Source of the DNA: Naegleria gruberi
Taxonomy: Eukaryota
DNA length: 7,592 bases
NCBI GenBank assembly: GCA_000004985.1
Contig: GG739127.1
Strand: one strand, 5' to 3'
This document shows, piece after piece, positions 1-7,229 of the stretch. How positions within the stretch are numbered: the stretch's first letter is position 1; every line of letters begins with the position of its first letter. The position numbers were made by a program, and so were the translations under genes. The notes below the pieces were generated by a model, which was not told the DNA's origin, did not search any database, and saw only the letters and a program-made list of their open reading frames with translations.

Positions 1-1
1 A

Positions 2-712
2 TCAACAGTTTGTGATTTAATGCTTTGCACAATTTTACAACACAGAATGCCAAAATATTATTTTGAAAATTATAGAGTTCCTGAAGATTTAGATCAGGCA
101 CAATATCTTGCTCTGGTTGATGTATTTTACTATGAAATGTTAAGCTCTGAAACTAGGTTGAGTGTAATTCCTGTATTCGTCACCCAGAATTATCTCAATA
201 CTCCATTTGAATTGTTAAAGTATGGTTTAGAAATGAGTTTTGACATTCTCTATAATCAACTATCCACACATAAAAAGATTGGTCTTGTTGAGAAACTGAT
301 AGCCACCTATCTCAATCAAGACTTCACTCCAGAACATGTAGAAACCATTCATTCCCTTTCCTCTCTCGAACGAAAAGATTTGAAAGCAAACAAATACACA
401 TCAGTCAGTATTGAAAAGGAGAGTCTGAAATTTACAGTTGTTTGTTTGGAAACTGTTACAACAATTCAAGAGAAAAAGGAACAATCGATCACACTGAATG
501 ATATCAGTGATAAGAGAGTGAAAATCGTGACAATCAAACTCATGGAATACACCCTTCAATTGCCAAACCTATTCAATGGAAATACTGTTGGAAGTATTAA
601 AATATCAACCAAAAATCTTTCCTCTGCCACCAACAATGGTCAACCAACACAGCCAACAGTTCAACCAAATCAACCAGCCAACCCACAAAAATCAAATTGT
701 TCATTGCTTTAA
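2..712 (+). CDS. Hypothetical protein; either complete from ATG 20 or the C-terminal part of a longer protein, since frame 2 is open back to nt 2 at the window edge. It has a Q/P/N/T-rich low-complexity C-terminal tail. Stop TAA at 710-712.
   Basis: A 231-codon stop-free frame in sequence of roughly 70% AT is very unlikely by chance. Codon usage is A/T-ending, like the other ORFs here. The tail ...NNGQPTQPTVQPNQPANPQKSN is low complexity. I recognise no conserved domain by eye. Confidence 0.6.
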   Translation, partial: STVCDLMLCTILQHRMPKYYFENYRVPEDLDQAQYLALVDVFYYEMLSSETRLSVIPVFVTQNYLNTPFELLKYGLEMSFDILYNQLSTHKKIGLVEKLIATYLNQDFTPEHVETIHSLSSLERKDLKANKYTSVSIEKESLKFTVVCLETVTTIQEKKEQSITLNDISDKRVKIVTIKLMEYTLQLPNLFNGNTVGSIKISTKNLSSATNNGQPTQPTVQPNQPANPQKSNCSLL

Positions 713-814
713 CCTACTGAAGTACCAAAAGAAACTAAATTGATTGAACCACAGCGTTTTATTAATAATTAATTATAATTTTCCTGCAATTTGATTTGAT
801 AAGTATCAAGTCTT

Positions 815-834
815 TGAACTCTGCTGAACTCTGC
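815..834. repeat. Perfect 10-bp tandem duplication (tgaactctgc x2), with a 5-bp x2 'ttgat' repeat just upstream at 791..800.
   Basis: Read directly: tgaactctgc at 815-824 is repeated exactly at 825-834, and ttgat is repeated at 791-795 and 796-800. It sits in the non-coding spacer after the TAA at 710-712, immediately before the ATG at 836. Confidence 0.8.
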
Positions 835-1352
835 AATGATTCGATTACTCTTTACAACCACCAGTTGTGAGTGGATTTGTGTCAATACAATTTGTGGTTG
901 CAAATCACTAAACAAGTTTGCGCGAGGATTTCGACTTGCCACACAACATGATTCACGAAAAAAATCTGGTAATGTTTTATTACGTTTACAATACGAATCT
1001 ATTCAGATTCCTGCTTCAAAGACGTGAAGTCAATGATCTCCAATTGTAAACAGTTCGCAGGAAGCAGCGCTTCTTTCACAGATACATCATTATTTAAAAT
1101 GAAGGGGACTTTTGTAGAGACATTGGAGTTATCGCCTAGCCTTCAAGCTTGATTTGGAACGAAACTAAACCTTTTGATTATCCATAAATAGGAATACACT
1201 TAATAAAGATGTTATAAGAGTTAACCAGGAAGTCTTCTATGTGCCTGCTCAACGACACCGAGCGGAATGGATGGAACATTCTGTCTTATGCTAATAATTA
1301 ATTCTTCACCAATATCAACGAACCAATGTGTTTTCGTTTACAATACATCAAA

Positions 1353-4300
1353 NNNNNNNNNNNNNNNNNNNNNNNNNNNNNNNNNNNNNNNNNNNNNNNN
1401 NNNNNNNNNNNNNNNNNNNNNNNNNNNNNNNNNNNNNNNNNNNNNNNNNNNNNNNNNNNNNNNNNNNNNNNNNNNNNNNNNNNNNNNNNNNNNNNNNNNN
1501 NNNNNNNNNNNNNNNNNNNNNNNNNNNNNNNNNNNNNNNNNNNNNNNNNNNNNNNNNNNNNNNNNNNNNNNNNNNNNNNNNNNNNNNNNNNNNNNNNNNN
1601 NNNNNNNNNNNNNNNNNNNNNNNNNNNNNNNNNNNNNNNNNNNNNNNNNNNNNNNNNNNNNNNNNNNNNNNNNNNNNNNNNNNNNNNNNNNNNNNNNNNN
1701 NNNNNNNNNNNNNNNNNNNNNNNNNNNNNNNNNNNNNNNNNNNNNNNNNNNNNNNNNNNNNNNNNNNNNNNNNNNNNNNNNNNNNNNNNNNNNNNNNNNN
1801 NNNNNNNNNNNNNNNNNNNNNNNNNNNNNNNNNNNNNNNNNNNNNNNNNNNNNNNNNNNNNNNNNNNNNNNNNNNNNNNNNNNNNNNNNNNNNNNNNNNN
1901 NNNNNNNNNNNNNNNNNNNNNNNNNNNNNNNNNNNNNNNNNNNNNNNNNNNNNNNNNNNNNNNNNNNNNNNNNNNNNNNNNNNNNNNNNNNNNNNNNNNN
2001 NNNNNNNNNNNNNNNNNNNNNNNNNNNNNNNNNNNNNNNNNNNNNNNNNNNNNNNNNNNNNNNNNNNNNNNNNNNNNNNNNNNNNNNNNNNNNNNNNNNN
2101 NNNNNNNNNNNNNNNNNNNNNNNNNNNNNNNNNNNNNNNNNNNNNNNNNNNNNNNNNNNNNNNNNNNNNNNNNNNNNNNNNNNNNNNNNNNNNNNNNNNN
2201 NNNNNNNNNNNNNNNNNNNNNNNNNNNNNNNNNNNNNNNNNNNNNNNNNNNNNNNNNNNNNNNNNNNNNNNNNNNNNNNNNNNNNNNNNNNNNNNNNNNN
2301 NNNNNNNNNNNNNNNNNNNNNNNNNNNNNNNNNNNNNNNNNNNNNNNNNNNNNNNNNNNNNNNNNNNNNNNNNNNNNNNNNNNNNNNNNNNNNNNNNNNN
2401 NNNNNNNNNNNNNNNNNNNNNNNNNNNNNNNNNNNNNNNNNNNNNNNNNNNNNNNNNNNNNNNNNNNNNNNNNNNNNNNNNNNNNNNNNNNNNNNNNNNN
2501 NNNNNNNNNNNNNNNNNNNNNNNNNNNNNNNNNNNNNNNNNNNNNNNNNNNNNNNNNNNNNNNNNNNNNNNNNNNNNNNNNNNNNNNNNNNNNNNNNNNN
2601 NNNNNNNNNNNNNNNNNNNNNNNNNNNNNNNNNNNNNNNNNNNNNNNNNNNNNNNNNNNNNNNNNNNNNNNNNNNNNNNNNNNNNNNNNNNNNNNNNNNN
2701 NNNNNNNNNNNNNNNNNNNNNNNNNNNNNNNNNNNNNNNNNNNNNNNNNNNNNNNNNNNNNNNNNNNNNNNNNNNNNNNNNNNNNNNNNNNNNNNNNNNN
2801 NNNNNNNNNNNNNNNNNNNNNNNNNNNNNNNNNNNNNNNNNNNNNNNNNNNNNNNNNNNNNNNNNNNNNNNNNNNNNNNNNNNNNNNNNNNNNNNNNNNN
2901 NNNNNNNNNNNNNNNNNNNNNNNNNNNNNNNNNNNNNNNNNNNNNNNNNNNNNNNNNNNNNNNNNNNNNNNNNNNNNNNNNNNNNNNNNNNNNNNNNNNN
3001 NNNNNNNNNNNNNNNNNNNNNNNNNNNNNNNNNNNNNNNNNNNNNNNNNNNNNNNNNNNNNNNNNNNNNNNNNNNNNNNNNNNNNNNNNNNNNNNNNNNN
3101 NNNNNNNNNNNNNNNNNNNNNNNNNNNNNNNNNNNNNNNNNNNNNNNNNNNNNNNNNNNNNNNNNNNNNNNNNNNNNNNNNNNNNNNNNNNNNNNNNNNN
3201 NNNNNNNNNNNNNNNNNNNNNNNNNNNNNNNNNNNNNNNNNNNNNNNNNNNNNNNNNNNNNNNNNNNNNNNNNNNNNNNNNNNNNNNNNNNNNNNNNNNN
3301 NNNNNNNNNNNNNNNNNNNNNNNNNNNNNNNNNNNNNNNNNNNNNNNNNNNNNNNNNNNNNNNNNNNNNNNNNNNNNNNNNNNNNNNNNNNNNNNNNNNN
3401 NNNNNNNNNNNNNNNNNNNNNNNNNNNNNNNNNNNNNNNNNNNNNNNNNNNNNNNNNNNNNNNNNNNNNNNNNNNNNNNNNNNNNNNNNNNNNNNNNNNN
3501 NNNNNNNNNNNNNNNNNNNNNNNNNNNNNNNNNNNNNNNNNNNNNNNNNNNNNNNNNNNNNNNNNNNNNNNNNNNNNNNNNNNNNNNNNNNNNNNNNNNN
3601 NNNNNNNNNNNNNNNNNNNNNNNNNNNNNNNNNNNNNNNNNNNNNNNNNNNNNNNNNNNNNNNNNNNNNNNNNNNNNNNNNNNNNNNNNNNNNNNNNNNN
3701 NNNNNNNNNNNNNNNNNNNNNNNNNNNNNNNNNNNNNNNNNNNNNNNNNNNNNNNNNNNNNNNNNNNNNNNNNNNNNNNNNNNNNNNNNNNNNNNNNNNN
3801 NNNNNNNNNNNNNNNNNNNNNNNNNNNNNNNNNNNNNNNNNNNNNNNNNNNNNNNNNNNNNNNNNNNNNNNNNNNNNNNNNNNNNNNNNNNNNNNNNNNN
3901 NNNNNNNNNNNNNNNNNNNNNNNNNNNNNNNNNNNNNNNNNNNNNNNNNNNNNNNNNNNNNNNNNNNNNNNNNNNNNNNNNNNNNNNNNNNNNNNNNNNN
4001 NNNNNNNNNNNNNNNNNNNNNNNNNNNNNNNNNNNNNNNNNNNNNNNNNNNNNNNNNNNNNNNNNNNNNNNNNNNNNNNNNNNNNNNNNNNNNNNNNNNN
4101 NNNNNNNNNNNNNNNNNNNNNNNNNNNNNNNNNNNNNNNNNNNNNNNNNNNNNNNNNNNNNNNNNNNNNNNNNNNNNNNNNNNNNNNNNNNNNNNNNNNN
4201 NNNNNNNNNNNNNNNNNNNNNNNNNNNNNNNNNNNNNNNNNNNNNNNNNNNNNNNNNNNNNNNNNNNNNNNNNNNNNNNNNNNNNNNNNNNNNNNNNNNN

Positions 4301-6113
4301 NNNNNNNNNNNNNNNNNNNNNNNNNNNNNNNNNNNNNNNNNNNNNNNNNNNNNNNNNNNNNNNNNNNNNNNNNNNNNNNNNNNNNNNNNNNNNNNNNNNN
4401 NNNNNNNNNNNNNNNNNNNNNNNNNNNNNNNNNNNNNNNNNNNNNNNNNNNNNNNNNNNNNNNNNNNNNNNNNNNNNNNNNNNNNNNNNNNNNNNNNNNN
4501 NNNNNNNNNNNNNNNNNNNNNNNNNNNNNNNNNNNNNNNNNNNNNNNNNNNNNNNNNNNNNNNNNNNNNNNNNNNNNNNNNNNNNNNNNNNNNNNNNNNN
4601 NNNNNNNNNNNNNNNNNNNNNNNNNNNNNNNNNNNNNNNNNNNNNNNNNNNNNNNNNNNNNNNNNNNNNNNNNNNNNNNNNNNNNNNNNNNNNNNNNNNN
4701 NNNNNNNNNNNNNNNNNNNNNNNNNNNNNNNNNNNNNNNNNNNNNNNNNNNNNNNNNNNNNNNNNNNNNNNNNNNNNNNNNNNNNNNNNNNNNNNNNNNN
4801 NNNNNNNNNNNNNNNNNNNNNNNNNNNNNNNNNNNNNNNNNNNNNNNNNNNNNNNNNNNNNNNNNNNNNNNNNNNNNNNNNNNNNNNNNNNNNNNNNNNN
4901 NNNNNNNNNNNNNNNNNNNNNNNNNNNNNNNNNNNNNNNNNNNNNNNNNNNNNNNNNNNNNNNNNNNNNNNNNNNNNNNNNNNNNNNNNNNNNNNNNNNN
5001 NNNNNNNNNNNNNNNNNNNNNNNNNNNNNNNNNNNNNNNNNNNNNNNNNNNNNNNNNNNNNNNNNNNNNNNNNNNNNNNNNNNNNNNNNNNNNNNNNNNN
5101 NNNNNNNNNNNNNNNNNNNNNNNNNNNNNNNNNNNNNNNNNNNNNNNNNNNNNNNNNNNNNNNNNNNNNNNNNNNNNNNNNNNNNNNNNNNNNNNNNNNN
5201 NNNNNNNNNNNNNNNNNNNNNNNNNNNNNNNNNNNNNNNNNNNNNNNNNNNNNNNNNNNNNNNNNNNNNNNNNNNNNNNNNNNNNNNNNNNNNNNNNNNN
5301 NNNNNNNNNNNNNNNNNNNNNNNNNNNNNNNNNNNNNNNNNNNNNNNNNNNNNNNNNNNNNNNNNNNNNNNNNNNNNNNNNNNNNNNNNNNNNNNNNNNN
5401 NNNNNNNNNNNNNNNNNNNNNNNNNNNNNNNNNNNNNNNNNNNNNNNNNNNNNNNNNNNNNNNNNNNNNNNNNNNNNNNNNNNNNNNNNNNNNNNNNNNN
5501 NNNNNNNNNNNNNNNNNNNNNNNNNNNNNNNNNNNNNNNNNNNNNNNNNNNNNNNNNNNNNNNNNNNNNNNNNNNNNNNNNNNNNNNNNNNNNNNNNNNN
5601 NNNNNNNNNNNNNNNNNNNNNNNNNNNNNNNNNNNNNNNNNNNNNNNNNNNNNNNNNNNNNNNNNNNNNNNNNNNNNNNNNNNNNNNNNNNNNNNNNNNN
5701 NNNNNNNNNNNNNNNNNNNNNNNNNNNNNNNNNNNNNNNNNNNNNNNNNNNNNNNNNNNNNNNNNNNNNNNNNNNNNNNNNNNNNNNNNNNNNNNNNNNN
5801 NNNNNNNNNNNNNNNNNNNNNNNNNNNNNNNNNNNNNNNNNNNNNNNNNNNNNNNNNNNNNNNNNNNNNNNNNNNNNNNNNNNNNNNNNNNNNNNNNNNN
5901 NNNNNNNNNNNNNNNNNNNNNNNNNNNNNNNNNNNNNNNNNNNNNNNNNNNNNNNNNNNNNNNNNNNNNNNNNNNNNNNNNNNNNNNNNNNNNNNNNNNN
6001 NNNNNNNNNNNNNNNNNNNNNNNNNNNNNNNNNNNNNNNNNNNNNNNNNNNNNNNNNNNNNNNNNNNNNNNNNNNNNNNNNNNNNNNNNNNNNNNNNNNN
6101 NNNNNNNNNNNNN
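1353..6113. other. Assembly gap: 4761 consecutive N. No sequence content.
   Basis: The N run is read directly. All long ORFs in the supplied track that cross this interval are poly-X artefacts of translating N. Confidence 0.99.
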
Positions 6114-6129
6114 ATCCAACATTATGTGA

Positions 6130-6537
6130 AATTTTCAAACAATTGCCAAAACTGAGCATTCGTTGGAAAATGTAATATTCTGGACTAAACTTGCACCAGT
6201 ATTCGAATCTATCAATAATGGCAACACACCTGCAACCACAGAATTGTGTAAACATTTTGAAGAGTGGAAAGCTACATTTATTGAAAATAATTCTCCAATG
6301 GAACTTAACATTTCACACAATACCAAGAAATCCTTCCATAAAATATTCGAATCTGTAAGAAACAATCAACAAAACGATAAGGAAATTAAGGAAGTTCTCT
6401 CAGATTTGTATTGTGCCATAATTATGAATATTGACGATACCTTCTCACGTTTTGTCCTATCTGACAGTTATGAAAGTATGAACAAAATAATTGAATTGAA
6501 AGAAAATCTTGGCTCTACTTTGAAACTGAAAGAATAA
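6130..6537 (+). CDS. C-terminal part of an RGS-domain protein (regulator of G-protein signalling). The visible part runs from just after an in-frame TGA (6127-6129) to TAA 6535-6537. The true 5' end is upstream in the gap.
   Basis: The translation NFQTIAKTEHSLENVIFWTKLAPVFES...FIENNSPMELNISHNTKK...DDTFSRFVLSDSYESM aligns with canonical RGS-box motifs such as human RGS4. FKAFLKSEYSEENIDFW matches FQTIAKTEHSLENVIFW. FISVQATKEVNLDSCTRE matches FIENNSPMELNISHNTKK. DSYRRFLKSRFY matches DTFSRFVLSDSY. The RGS box normally starts about 20 residues before this first motif, so the coding sequence must continue upstream of 6130. Confidence 0.8.
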   Translation, partial: NFQTIAKTEHSLENVIFWTKLAPVFESINNGNTPATTELCKHFEEWKATFIENNSPMELNISHNTKKSFHKIFESVRNNQQNDKEIKEVLSDLYCAIIMNIDDTFSRFVLSDSYESMNKIIELKENLGSTLKLKE

Positions 6538-6538
6538 A
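6533..6538 (+). promoter_or_regulatory. AATAAA hexamer overlapping the TAA stop of the RGS gene; candidate poly(A) signal.
   Basis: The sequence gAATAAAtg contains the stop TAA at 6535-6537. The same arrangement recurs at 7200-7205. Confidence 0.35.
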
Positions 6539-6651
6539 TGTTATTCATGAGCATGTACGATTCAGCAATCATGTTTTTCAATAATAGGTAAGAGACAATT
6601 TCAAAACAGCATGAAGTTAATATTTCGCAATTTAAGGTATTGCATGGCTAT

Positions 6652-6661
6652 TTTTAATATT
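6652..6661 (+). promoter_or_regulatory. TATA-like element (ttttaatatt) about -40 to -31 relative to the 5S rRNA start; candidate upstream Pol III promoter element.
   Basis: The AT-rich TATA-like box is at the position where many eukaryotic 5S genes (Drosophila, C. elegans, yeast, Neurospora) need an upstream element. It is assigned by position only. Confidence 0.3.
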
Positions 6662-6691
6662 CCTTATTATCATTGTAGTATGATTATGAAT

Positions 6692-6810
6692 GGCTACGGC
6701 CATATCACGATGAATGCACCTCATCCCGTCCGATTTGAGAAGTTAAGCATCGTCGAGCCACATCAGTACTGAGGTTGGAGACAACTTGGGAACCTGTGGT
6801 GCTGTAGTCT
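6692..6810 (+). rRNA. 5S ribosomal RNA gene, 119 nt, eukaryotic nuclear type.
   Basis: GGCTACGGCCATATCACGATGAATGCACCTCATCCCGTCCGATTTGAGAAGTTAAGCATCGTCGAGCC...GTACTGAGGTTGGAGACAACTTGGGAACCTGTGGTGCTGTAGTCT matches conserved eukaryotic 5S blocks: GGCCATA(T/C)CAC, GAATGCAC, ATCCCGTCCGAT, AGTTAAGC (box A), GTACT, GGGAGAC/GGAGAC, TGGGAA and GGTGCTGTAG. Hand alignment gives about 73% identity to C. elegans 5S and similar to human and yeast. Helix I closes: 5' GGCUACGGC pairs with 3' CUGUAGUCG reading backwards, nine pairs including two G-U. The 3' end runs straight into a T-run. Confidence 0.93.
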
Positions 6811-6821
6811 TTTTATCTTTT
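6810..6821 (+). terminator. RNA polymerase III terminator: T5 at 6810-6814, then atc, then T4 at 6818-6821.
   Basis: A run of four or more T on the coding strand directly at the 5S 3' end is the standard Pol III termination signal. Confidence 0.6.
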
Positions 6822-6916
6822 ACCATCTTGAGCTTTCCGAAAGCAGAAGAAACCAAAAACAAGGCAACCATGATTGCAAGTATTCAATACTTTTGGAAAT
6901 TAATCCCAAATCTCAA

Positions 6917-7204
6917 ATGGGAAGGTATGTATTAATAATGTTGTTTACAATAATATTGAATTCAATATATTACAAAAAATTGAATATTAAAGTAAGAGAA
7001 ATGCTTCAAGATAGGAATAGAGTAATTGTCAGATCACGTGCTAGTGGAAATCCAATTGGAAATTTCTTTGGAGTTCCATGCAATGGATCCAAAGCATTTG
7101 ATATCATGACCATTGATATTCATACAGTTGAGAATAATCAAATTGAAACTATTTATCATGAAGAAGAATGGACTCTTGCCATTAAACAATTATCTGGAAA
7201 ATAA
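6917..7204 (+). CDS. Hypothetical small protein, 95 aa from ATG 6917; an alternative ATG at 7001 would give 67 aa. Stop TAA at 7202-7204. The gene model is uncertain.
   Basis: The frame is open from TTG 6893; the first ATG is at 6917. I recognise no domain. The N-terminal 25 codons (6926-6992) are extremely AT-rich and hydrophobic/odd, and begin with GTATGT, so this stretch may not be coding. The C-terminal 67 aa (MLQDRNRVIVRSRASGNPIGNFFGVPCNGSKAFDIMTIDIHTVENNQIETIYHEEEWTLAIKQLSGK) has a normal composition. Confidence 0.35.
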   Translation: MGRYVLIMLFTIILNSIYYKKLNIKVREMLQDRNRVIVRSRASGNPIGNFFGVPCNGSKAFDIMTIDIHTVENNQIETIYHEEEWTLAIKQLSGK

Positions 7205-7205
7205 A
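7200..7205 (+). promoter_or_regulatory. AATAAA hexamer overlapping the TAA stop of ORF 6917..7204; candidate poly(A) signal.
   Basis: The sequence ggaaAATAAAtag contains the stop TAA at 7202-7204. Confidence 0.35.
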
Positions 7206-7229
7206 TAGTACCATGATTGACTTCATCAA

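Noticed and set aside
836-1027. 63-aa plus-strand ORF (MIRLLFTTTSCEWICVNTICGCK...).
   Set aside because: It is short, has no recognisable domain, ends in TGA where every other ORF ends in TAA, and shows atypical Arg codon use. I left it as an open question in a finding rather than calling it a CDS.
1267-6255. Five ORFs of about 1600 aa in the supplied track that span the N gap: 1267..6129, 1326..6155 and 1328..6175 on plus, 1338..6122 and 1348..6255 on minus.
   Set aside because: They are artefacts of translating N as X. Only their short non-N ends are real sequence. The plus-strand right-hand ends are simply the other two frames of the RGS region. The minus-strand ones are antisense to the RGS gene.
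6195-6355. Two 'ttcgaatc' motifs (about 6201-6208 and 6345-6352) that resemble the tRNA T-loop GTTCGAATC.
   Set aside because: Both lie inside the RGS coding sequence and encode F-E-S. There is no flanking acceptor-stem complementarity, no D-arm and no anticodon arm. I take them as coincidence.
6135-6365. 76-aa minus-strand ORF.
   Set aside because: It is wholly antisense to the well-supported RGS-domain coding sequence. An ORF of this length is common in the shadow of a real gene, and it has no recognisable features.
1267-6537. The idea that ORF 1267.. and the RGS ORF, both in frame 1, are one coding sequence bridged by the gap.
   Set aside because: N-run lengths in assemblies are usually estimates, so frame agreement across the gap carries no information. 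A TGA also sits at 6127-6129 in that frame.
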